From Candidatus Nomurabacteria bacterium (GTDB taxonomy: Bacteria; Patescibacteriota; Minisyncoccia; Phycocordibacterales; SBAW01): DNA of 64,000 nt. The notes below the pieces were generated by a model that was not told the origin of the DNA, did not search any database, and was given only the letters and a program-made list of their open reading frames with translations. The stretch covers positions 2,501 through 66,500 of the forward strand of contig CALQYT010000006.1 of the NCBI GenBank assembly GCA_943348815.1, read 5' to 3'. How positions within the stretch are numbered: position 1 is the stretch's first letter; each line of letters opens with the position of its first letter. Both the position numbers and the translations under genes were made by a program. Below, one piece after another: positions 1-7,297 of this stretch.

Positions 1-1023
1 CTTGTTTAACTCTTTTTCCGTAATGTATTTCTGTGAGCACGCTAACTCCTTTTTCTTGGTGCATCGGTAATAGGTGTAGTGGTGCGTATTGCCGTTCTGC
101 TGATGTTTAGTTTTCTCCTCCGCCGTTATCATCATGTCGCACTCGCCGCACCGCATCATGCCGGTAAAGGCAAACTCGTGCGTCTTGGATCGCGGCTTGC
201 CCTTGCGACCGAGCATCACCTGTATCCGGTCGTACTCCGCCTCGGTAATCATGGGCTCGTGTACGCCCTTGTACCAAAGGCCGCTACCTACGGGGTACTC
301 AAAGCGTCCGTAGTAAAAGGGGCGGCTAAAGAGGTTGTATATGGCGCTATTGGGCAGCGGCTTGCCGTATTGGCCCGTAAAACCCCATTCCTTGGTCGCT
401 AGGCGGCGTATTTGCACCGGCGTGTAAGTACCTTGGAGCATGAGATCAAACATCTTGCGTACCATATCGAACCGCGCAGGGTCTTTAACGATAGTTTTAT
501 TGCCTCGCTCGGCGTACCTGTCGTTTAGATAGCCAAGCGGAGCAGGGGCGGGATAGATGCCGCGCTCCGCCTTAGCCTTTAGTCCACGCTTAACATTTAT
601 GCCTTTATTATCGTTCTCTAACTTCGCCTGACTGCATAGCAGGTTGAGTAGAAACTTATCGCTAGGCGTATTCTTGAATACCTGACTTGGTGTAATAATC
701 TCGCGGAGCTTGCCGAGGTCAAATAAATAAATCAGTCTGCCGGTATCCATAGAGTTGCGCGAGAGACGGTCGGCGTTCCACACCACAATCCCGTGTGCTT
801 TACCCGCTTCGATATCGTCCATGAGCATATTGAACACTGGACGGCCCGGCGCTTTTGCCGAGTATGCCTCGCGTTGCTCATCAGCTAGAACAACACTCAT
901 CTGCTCCGCTAGTCGTTTAAGCTCGTCAATCTGCGAATCAATCGAGAGCACCTGCCGATCTTCCTGCTCCGAGGATTTACGGGCATAGAGCACATATCGG
1001 GTTGCTTTCACATTTTCGTTCAT
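1..1023 (-). CDS. Large serine recombinase (phage-type integrase), partial. The N-terminus lies at 1023 and the C-terminus runs off the window start.
   Basis: Manual reverse-strand translation gives MNENVKATRYVLYARKSSEQEDRQVLSIDSQ..GIVVWNADRLSRN (serine-recombinase catalytic motifs). Downstream there is a recombinase domain and a zinc ribbon (RCGECD...YYRC). This ORF is not in the supplied track because it has no in-window stop. Confidence 0.85.
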   Translation of the reverse strand, partial: MNENVKATRYVLYARKSSEQEDRQVLSIDSQIDELKRLAEQMSVVLADEQREAYSAKAPGRPVFNMLMDDIEAGKAHGIVVWNADRLSRNSMDTGRLIYLFDLGKLREIITPSQVFKNTPSDKFLLNLLCSQAKLENDNKGINVKRGLKAKAERGIYPAPAPLGYLNDRYAERGNKTIVKDPARFDMVRKMFDLMLQGTYTPVQIRRLATKEWGFTGQYGKPLPNSAIYNLFSRPFYYGRFEYPVGSGLWYKGVHEPMITEAEYDRIQVMLGRKGKPRSKTHEFAFTGMMRCGECDMMITAEEKTKHQQNGNTHHYTYYRCTKKKELACSQKYITEKELNK

Positions 1024-1065
1024 GTTGGTTTAAGGGTGTGCCTACTATCGTTAGCGGTAATCATA

Positions 1066-1626
1066 CTACGATTTGTCGCTCTTGCCCCAATTCCGCTCCC
1101 GCATCAGGTCTTTCATTTTCTGGAAGCCTTTGTTATCGGCTGTGGGGATTTCTTTAGCAGATTTCCTTAGTACATTTACCGTCTCCCCGTTTGGACTATT
1201 AGAAGTGCGTTTTGAGGACTGTTCTTGTTGCTGTTTTAGGACTGTTTGAATAGTCCTCGCAGTGAGACTATTCATGGGTAGCCATTTTGAGCAATCAAGC
1301 AGGTGGTACAAGTTGCCCCTCCTCCCTTTGGATCGCCGGACAGTAATCATGCGAAGTGCCTCTAGGACTTTTAGAGAACGCGAGATTTTACTACGGCTCT
1401 TAGTGCCTATCTCGCGCATGAGCGTTTCGTATGAGGGAAAGCATGACTGGGTGGTAGCGTTTGCGTGCCGCGCTAGCGCCACATATACGGCGGCGTCTTT
1501 ACGCAGAAACCGCAGATAGTCCTTATCTACAAATTCGTTGTCTATGTAAAACCGCGACTTTTTATATCGCGCTCTAATACGCGGCTCATTAGTTTCCTTG
1601 TCCATAGATTTCATCACTTCCTCCAT
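1066..1626 (-). CDS. Winged-helix/HTH DNA-binding protein, possibly a replication-organizer or RDF-like protein. Hypothetical.
   Basis: 186-aa ORF immediately downstream of the recombinase start. Basic protein with a central wHTH-like segment (ETLMREIGTKSRSKISRSLKVLEAL). Confidence 0.45.
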   Translation of the reverse strand: MEEVMKSMDKETNEPRIRARYKKSRFYIDNEFVDKDYLRFLRKDAAVYVALARHANATTQSCFPSYETLMREIGTKSRSKISRSLKVLEALRMITVRRSKGRRGNLYHLLDCSKWLPMNSLTARTIQTVLKQQQEQSSKRTSNSPNGETVNVLRKSAKEIPTADNKGFQKMKDLMRERNWGKSDKS

Positions 1627-1894
1627 TCAAAATCTCATACACTTTTGCCGACACTTTGTCCTCGATTTCTTTGCCTGTGCTTAGATCAATCGGGTGGAAT
1701 GTTTGGAAACTCTTTTCTCCTACTTTCTTTGCCGGATACACGAGCCTATAGCCCACGCCGTTGAGGCGAGTGCGGACCGCAACAGAGCCAACATAGTATT
1801 TTTGGTCGAGCACGAAAGAGGCGAAGCCGACGAGGCCATCTTGCGGCTTTACCGGCACAAATTGGATTTCGGTTATGGTTGTTTCAGGCCGCAT
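1589..1894 (-). CDS. spoVG: SpoVG family nucleic-acid-binding protein
   Basis: 101 aa. Aligns along its length with B. subtilis SpoVG (ITEIQFVPV..FASFVLDQKYYVGSVAV..YRLVYPAKK..FHPID..). Confidence 0.75.
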   Translation of the reverse strand: MRPETTITEIQFVPVKPQDGLVGFASFVLDQKYYVGSVAVRTRLNGVGYRLVYPAKKVGEKSFQTFHPIDLSTGKEIEDKVSAKVYEILNGGSDEIYGQGN

Positions 1895-2131
1895 GGGTTT
1901 TCACTTCTTCGGTCGGTTGCGCTACCAAGTGCTCAAATATTGCTCCGTACAGGCTCACGAGCCGGTTTGCTCGGCGTGATGCCTCGGCATCACTAAGTTC
2001 CTCGTGGAAAGTATCCCGATATAGCTGCTTGAACTCCTGTATAGCTTCGGGCGGCAACATAAAAACTGGATATGGTCGATATCCAGTCTGCGCGAGGGTA
2101 TGGTTGCTGTCGGTTGCAGATTTGGGTTGCT

Positions 2132-2890
2132 CTAAGCAACCCTATAAAAAGACTTATCTTGCAGAGCAAATAAATACTTGCCGCATTTTTCCTCAACTTT
2201 CAAGTTGAGGCGGTAAACCGCGTAGCGGATTGAACGCCTACCTTTTTGGATATCACGAAGAATAGCGGGGTCTATTGCGTTAGCTATATCGTCCCACTGG
2301 ATAACCTCATTTACTTGTCTTTGAAACGCGAGGCGGCAAACATCCTGTTGTCGGGAGTTATACCTAATAGGCACTATGCCGCCGTTCCACATTATCCGTG
2401 GCGGGTCGTTATAAAATTTCGCCACGGCTGGGTTAGTGTTCTTTAACACTCCGTCTTTATCGGGGATGGAGACATCGTACTTCTTGCACTCGGCATATAT
2501 TTTTTCAGGGTCAATAATAGTAAATTTTAGATGCGCCCTTAGGATATTTCCCTGCACCTCGTTTTCATTTATTAGCGTGCATAGCTCGCTAAATCTTTCC
2601 ACATGATATTTGTTTAACGCCGCCGTCCTTGCCTCGCGGCGTTCCCTTGTGTAGTCAGCATCAGGAATTGTAAGTTTGCCGTCTTGATAATAATCAGTAG
2701 TCTCCGTAATTTTAGGGAAAGGGGTCTTGTTCTCATATATCTCAATATCAACCATCTCCCGTTCTCGCAGGGGAGAGTGCTCTATAAGCTTAGTGAGTAT
2801 GTAGCTTACATACTCGTGCGTTTTTGATGCCTTTTCGTCAACTTCTGCTTTAATCATCACTTTTTCATCACGAGCTTGCGTGGCCCCCAT
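2132..2890 (-). CDS. Hypothetical protein
   Basis: 252-aa ORF with no recognisable motif. A start at the internal MIKAEV is also possible. Confidence 0.45.
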   Translation of the reverse strand: MGATQARDEKVMIKAEVDEKASKTHEYVSYILTKLIEHSPLREREMVDIEIYENKTPFPKITETTDYYQDGKLTIPDADYTRERREARTAALNKYHVERFSELCTLINENEVQGNILRAHLKFTIIDPEKIYAECKKYDVSIPDKDGVLKNTNPAVAKFYNDPPRIMWNGGIVPIRYNSRQQDVCRLAFQRQVNEVIQWDDIANAIDPAILRDIQKGRRSIRYAVYRLNLKVEEKCGKYLFALQDKSFYRVA

Positions 2891-2978
2891 TTTAGCCCTT
2901 TTTGTCTAAGGTTGCCTATGCATTGGACACCCACCCCCACCCCCCGGGGGGTGGGTGATAATGATAATCAGTATTGGA

Positions 2979-3583
2979 GCCACCCCGCCAAAAAATGAGT
3001 TCCCCCGCGTGGCCGCCGTCCTCGGCGGCGCAGAGATGCCGGTAGGCGTCTCTGCGAGTGGAAAGGCGGTAGCCTTGACTAGACAAGCCCCGCGACCGCT
3101 ACGGCGGGCGCGGAGGATGTCGCGCCGAACGACACACAACCCCATATCTCCAACGATGGGGGTTTGTGGCGTTCGGCCAATAAATGGGAGCCGTAGAGGA
3201 GGCAAATACCACCAACTTGCAGGCAAGTTGCGCGGCACCCGCGACTTTTCATAGAAAAGGGAGTATTTGTCTCTGTTCGCCGGTGCAAACGCACTTTAGT
3301 GCGTTTGGGGCACAAAAAAATTTCTGCTCAACGCGAAGACCAGTAAAGGATAGGCTTTACGCAGGCTGTAGCGGGGAGGGGAAATTTTCTTGCGCCGCAC
3401 TTTAGCGCCGCCGGCGGCTATGGCTTTCCATCCTATTGGCGACATCCTCCGCGCCCGCCGTAGCGGTCGCGGGGCTTGTCTAGTCAAGGCTACCGCCTTT
3501 CCACTCGCAGAGACGCCTACCGGCATCTCTGCGCCGCCGAGGACGGCGGCCACGCGGGGGAACTCATTTTTTGGCGGGGTGGC
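2979..3583. repeat. 605-bp element: perfect 145-bp inverted repeats (2979-3123 and 3439-3583) around a 315-bp core that has its own hairpins
   Basis: The mirrored ORF pairs 2955-3254/3296-3553 and 2906-3238/3390-3605 share identical peptides, proving exact reverse-complement arms. The core contains perfect hairpins (ccgaacg..cgttcgg and caaacgcac-ttta-gtgcgtttg). Confidence 0.8.
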
Positions 3584-3609
3584 GTTTAAAACTAGCTTGC
3601 GGTAGCGAG

Positions 3610-3822
3610 CTAGAAGTCTATAAGGTTTTTGAGCTTAAAGCCGAGGGCTCTAGCTATCTTTTCCATATTGGTGAGGGTGATGTTCTTTTCTGCGCGCTCG
3701 ATCATGCCTATGTAAGTGCGATGTACCTTGGCGAGTTCGCCGAGCCGCTCTTGGGATATACCGCGTTTATCGCGCTCCTGGCGTACACGGTTGCCGAACT
3801 TGATGAGTATCTGCTTATTCAT
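3610..3822 (-). CDS. XRE-family (Cro/CI-type) HTH transcriptional regulator
   Basis: 70 aa with the canonical HTH_3 signature (ISQERLGELAKVHRTYIGMIERAEKNITLTNMEKIARALG). Confidence 0.85.
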   Translation of the reverse strand: MNKQILIKFGNRVRQERDKRGISQERLGELAKVHRTYIGMIERAEKNITLTNMEKIARALGFKLKNLIDF

Positions 3823-3879
3823 ACCTACATCCCCAGTGTAGGTATTGCTAACTATAGACTCTACATACTATAGTTAGCA
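3823..3879. promoter_or_regulatory. Divergent control region with two palindromes (acctaca-N6-tgtaggt and tgctaactatag-N10-ctatagttagca); candidate operators for the XRE regulator
   Basis: Perfect inverted repeats directly upstream of the XRE start, between it and the plus-strand gene block. Confidence 0.4.
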
Positions 3880-3895
3880 GGTATGGATAAGGAAT

Positions 3896-4117
3896 TTGGG
3901 CGTTTGGCGGCTAACTAATCCTCGTATGGACCTCTTACGCAGGATAGGGCATGTGCTTGGGGTACTGTGGGTAATACTTCTGGTTGTTGGGTGGGTATTT
4001 ATCTCGATTGTAGACATAGCTGTAGGGTGCCCTCCGCCGCCCTTTGCCCACCAATGTTTTAAACAGCGATATATACACGACTGTTTGATATTGCATAAGG
4101 AGGACTGCAACGAGTAG
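3896..4117 (+). CDS. Small hydrophobic hypothetical protein
   Basis: 73-aa ORF with a TM-like stretch. An overlapping antisense ORF (3935-4255) makes the call uncertain. Confidence 0.2.
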   Translation: MGVWRLTNPRMDLLRRIGHVLGVLWVILLVVGWVFISIVDIAVGCPPPPFAHQCFKQRYIHDCLILHKEDCNE

Positions 4118-4176
4118 AAAACTAACGAAACCTGTGGCATAGTGCCCGACAGAAGTTAACCCCAAGGGAGGCCACC

Positions 4177-4569
4177 GTGCTTCTAAGCGAACGCCAAATC
4201 GTGTGGACTCCAGTGTTGGGGCGGGACAGTCTCGCCATCGCACTTCAGAGGCCATTTGCTACCGCGTGCATGGCGCACAAGGTAGACGACATTAAGAAGT
4301 TCACCGAGGGAGTGTGGAGGTTGATGGGGAATAAACCCCCTGTCGAGCCAAGCAACTTCCTCGATATCCATCAGGGTATCTTGCCCAAGGGCTTCTATGC
4401 CGGCCACGATGGACTGTGGCTCACTATGGATAGCCCAACGGCACACCCGACACGGCCGCTGTACTACCACGGCCACAACGAAGACCGACACGCGTCCGAT
4501 CGGCTCTGGCTCCTACGAGCTTTTGCTGCTTGGGCGGAAGGTGCCGCAACCGTCATGAACTGGGATTAA
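4177..4569 (+). CDS. Hypothetical protein (GC-rich module gene 1)
   Basis: GTG start preceded by a gggagg SD. Markedly higher GC than the neighbours. Confidence 0.5.
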   Translation: MLLSERQIVWTPVLGRDSLAIALQRPFATACMAHKVDDIKKFTEGVWRLMGNKPPVEPSNFLDIHQGILPKGFYAGHDGLWLTMDSPTAHPTRPLYYHGHNEDRHASDRLWLLRAFAAWAEGAATVMNWD

Positions 4570-4581
4570 GGAGGACTAATC

Positions 4582-5094
4582 GTGCTGACCAAGAAGCAAC
4601 TCATTGCGCTGCAATATGTCATTGCAGCGGCTCCCGATGGCAACAAGTTTGCCAAGCAACTGCACTTCTTCCTGCTCGCACAGTCGGCGGGTTTGACGAA
4701 GGAGGTCTGCATCACCCTGCAAGAGGGTGATGAGTGGCCGAAGGCCGAGCTCCGCAAGGAAGCCCATGGTATCGACAGCATGTGGAGCAGCACCGCGAGC
4801 ACCCATCTGCCGGAGATCATGGCAGCCATGGGTACACGGTTCATCTACAGCTTGCACTACGGCCACTATGGTGAGAACGGCGAATTCGACACCAAAGGAC
4901 AACTGGCCGAATGCAAAGCCCCGCTGCGCTACACTTTCTGGCTGGCGCACGAGTGCTACGCCGATGCGGCGACCAAGCTCACCGCCACTCGGAAGGAGCT
5001 GGAAGCGATCGATGTCTGCCCTCACAAGCTGATGCAACAGCTCTATGCCACCAAGCGCCAAGAGCGCGAGATGGCCAAAGCTGCGGCTCGGTAA
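4582..5094 (+). CDS. Hypothetical protein (GC-rich module gene 2)
   Basis: GTG start 7 nt after a taaggagga SD. Tightly coupled to the upstream ORF and followed by a terminator. Confidence 0.55.
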   Translation: MLTKKQLIALQYVIAAAPDGNKFAKQLHFFLLAQSAGLTKEVCITLQEGDEWPKAELRKEAHGIDSMWSSTASTHLPEIMAAMGTRFIYSLHYGHYGENGEFDTKGQLAECKAPLRYTFWLAHECYADAATKLTATRKELEAIDVCPHKLMQQLYATKRQEREMAKAAAR

Positions 5095-5110
5095 TCTTCT
5101 CGCAGAACAA

Positions 5111-5147
5111 GGCGCGACCCTTAGCCAGGGCCGCGCCGTTTTCTTTT
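5111..5147 (+). terminator. Rho-independent terminator
   Basis: ggcgcgaccct-tagcc-agggccgcgcc stem followed by ttttcttttc. Confidence 0.5.
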
Positions 5148-5191
5148 CGCATTAGGTAGTCCTTTTCGCTATATACAACTACAATAGGCGC

Positions 5192-6040
5192 ATGCTAGAG
5201 GCAGTAAAAAGGTGGGCGCAAATTGAAGTAATGCTGATTCGTATGCGTATAGCAAACCGCAACGAGTTTTCAATCATGGAAAAAACTTATCGCCTTGCCC
5301 ACCAGATAATGCGCGACAAGAGCAATAATCTGGTCTGGGACGAGGCAGACCATTTTAGTAAAGTAATAATCGTTTTTCTCGCTAAGAACCTACACCGCCT
5401 CCAATCCATTAGGCTCCTCTGTAGGAGAGGTCTAGCAAAAGACGCACTGCCGCTGACTCGCAGTATGTTTGAGGAGTTGGTAGATATGAAATACATGGCC
5501 GCCGACAAGTCGCGGGTGCAAAACTACATTGATTACGACACCCATACTCGCTACAAATTGGGCAAAATGTTAGAGCAGTACGGAAGTGAGGGTATCGACT
5601 GGCCGAGGCTGAAAAAGAGAAATGAGCAATTAGAGAAAGAGTGGAAGAAGATTGAACACCGATATACCTACAAATCTGGAGACGGCAAAACCCGGGCGTT
5701 CCCTCGATGGACACGCGAAAATGTACGCCAACTAAGTGAGGCTGTTGGGCTCGGCAGCATGTACGGCTATCTCTATGGGCACATGTCTAACTATGGGCAC
5801 TCTAACCCGATGGCTGCTGACGAATTTGTGCAGGGCAAACAAGGCGACAATGTCGTTGTAGAGGTGGGGGCAAGTGAGGCATTTGTCCCGCAAGTACTAG
5901 CCACAGCTAGTGGAATGTATCTCGATATGTTGAGGGTAGCTAACGAAGAACGCCAAATGAAACTTGATGCAATAATTGAGCCGGTAGAGATTGCGTTGCG
6001 TAAGGGTGCGGAGGCACGAAAAGCCCAAAGAAGCAGCTAG
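5192..6040 (+). CDS. Hypothetical protein
   Basis: 282-aa ORF with a mid-range GC composition typical of coding sequence. Confidence 0.5.
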   Translation: MLEAVKRWAQIEVMLIRMRIANRNEFSIMEKTYRLAHQIMRDKSNNLVWDEADHFSKVIIVFLAKNLHRLQSIRLLCRRGLAKDALPLTRSMFEELVDMKYMAADKSRVQNYIDYDTHTRYKLGKMLEQYGSEGIDWPRLKKRNEQLEKEWKKIEHRYTYKSGDGKTRAFPRWTRENVRQLSEAVGLGSMYGYLYGHMSNYGHSNPMAADEFVQGKQGDNVVVEVGASEAFVPQVLATASGMYLDMLRVANEERQMKLDAIIEPVEIALRKGAEARKAQRSS

Positions 6041-6109
6041 CGAGGATACCTCGACTTTTGTGGAGGAATGTTGTAATTTGCTCTGCGGATAGAGCAACGG
6101 AGGTTCACG

Positions 6110-6664
6110 ATGCTTACCATTTTCGTGAGCCGACGAAAGCAGCGAATCATCACTGCTGACGGCTCAAGAATGAAAGTCCGCCGGGCGTATGTCCGGCAAG
6201 GTGGGCAAATGCAGTACTTGCAGGAGCCCGAAACCTTCGAGGATTTGTCGGGGGTACGAATTGTCGTCAAAGAGTGGTGCAAGCTTAGGCGGCTACCTCG
6301 AAACGATAAGGTGGAGCAGGCCATCATTAAGTTTTTGCGGGAGCACCACGCCAAGCAAAACATTAAGTTCGACTGCTATGCCTTTGCCAACCTGACGCAT
6401 GGTGTGGAGGTACACCCATGCTGCTACTTGCACAAGCATTGGGACACCAAACCCTTTGATGGGCGGCTAGAGGTCGGCGGCGCAGTGTTCTTCATCACCC
6501 CCGGTAAGGAAATGAGCAATTTCCACCACGCTGCAATCTACATCGGACGAGGTTTGTACATTTCGGTCTATGGGGCGGGCGGCGACTTGGAAATCTCGAC
6601 GCTGCGGGATATGAAAAAGTTCTACAAAGCCAAACAAGTCTTACTTGGGGTTCCATGCCCCTAG
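6110..6664 (+). CDS. Hypothetical protein
   Basis: 184-aa ORF. Confidence 0.5.
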   Translation: MLTIFVSRRKQRIITADGSRMKVRRAYVRQGGQMQYLQEPETFEDLSGVRIVVKEWCKLRRLPRNDKVEQAIIKFLREHHAKQNIKFDCYAFANLTHGVEVHPCCYLHKHWDTKPFDGRLEVGGAVFFITPGKEMSNFHHAAIYIGRGLYISVYGAGGDLEISTLRDMKKFYKAKQVLLGVPCP

Positions 6665-6681
6665 GCGGTTGCTATCCAGCA

Positions 6682-6732
6682 GCCGTCTTTTCATTTACTA
6701 TAGAGGTTCTAAAGTAATCCAAGACCGGCAGC
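6682..6732 (+). repeat. Direct repeat copy 1 (gccgtcttttcattt..atagaggttctaaagtaatccaagaccggcagc)
   Basis: The 33-bp core is identical to 7052-7084. It lies about 18 bp after the stop of the upstream gene. Confidence 0.8.
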
Positions 6733-6791
6733 CAGTGACTTTTTAATAAGTTTGTTGTAGTGTTTTTGTAGAACAAGACAGGAGAACCGAA

Positions 6792-7013
6792 ATGACCATC
6801 TCTCGGTCAGATCTTCTCGCCGACTTGGTGCAGGCGGTTGCTGCATTTCGGCAGGCTATGCCAGTGCCTCGGGAGTACATCGATGAGGCACTCGAACGGA
6901 TTCAGAACGGGCAAGAGCCAGAAGTTAAACGCTATCCAAACGGCATGCCGACAATGATTGGCGTGTACGAGGTGGCAACCCGTCTTGAGGCCGCCAGAAA
7001 GGCGAAGCAATGA
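6792..7013 (+). CDS. Hypothetical small protein
   Basis: 73-aa ORF bracketed by the two direct-repeat copies. Confidence 0.4.
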   Translation: MTISRSDLLADLVQAVAAFRQAMPVPREYIDEALERIQNGQEPEVKRYPNGMPTMIGVYEVATRLEAARKAKQ

Positions 7014-7029
7014 AGGGCGGTCAGGAATG

Positions 7030-7084
7030 GCCGTCCTTTTCATTTGTTAGAATAGAGGTTCTAAAGTAATCCAAGACCGGCAGC
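7030..7084 (+). repeat. Direct repeat copy 2
   Basis: Same 33-bp core as 6700-6732, with a similar preceding gccgtc(c)ttttcattt. Confidence 0.8.
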
Positions 7085-7297
7085 AAAAATTCGGCTCAGC
7101 AGTGCTTCACCTCTACCCCATCCGACTCTAATAGGCTTAGAGTATGAGTGAATTACTATATCTCATGCTCATCATATTACCCCTAGTAGTGGTACTCGCC
7201 GGGGTCATATCGGTATTGACCGACCCGGAGCGCATCGACGAAGAGGAAAAAGCGCGCGTTAAGCGCAAACTTCGCTATCGCCGACACTAGCGATTGA

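Larger units (their letters stand above)
1..7084. mobile_element. Possible integrated element/island anchored by a large serine integrase (the left boundary is outside the window)
   Basis: Integrase, CI-like repressor with operators and hypothetical cargo of variable GC. Repeats abut pyrG. SpoVG could instead be host-encoded. Confidence 0.3.

Noticed and set aside
79-988. Plus-strand ORFs 79-402 and 755-988
   Set aside because: They lie antisense within the clearly coding serine recombinase gene (1-1023, minus) and have low-complexity peptides.
2906-3605. Four ORFs (2906-3238, 2955-3254, 3296-3553, 3390-3605) inside the inverted-repeat element
   Set aside because: They are pairwise mirror images created by the perfect inverted repeat, with Arg/Ala/Pro-rich low-complexity translations. 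They are not credible genes.
3935-4255. Minus-strand ORF 3935-4255 (106 aa)
   Set aside because: It would run antisense into the divergent plus-strand early block. The sequence is Pro/Tyr-rich with odd composition. It was left uncalled in favour of a low-confidence plus ORF.
6682-7084. Possible CRISPR array
   Set aside because: Only two repeat copies with a 319-bp gene-containing spacer. No cas genes and no further repeats in the window.
6682-7084. att sites of the serine integrase
   Set aside because: Large serine recombinases recombine through a 2-bp crossover and do not generate long direct duplications, so the repeats are probably unrelated to that enzyme.
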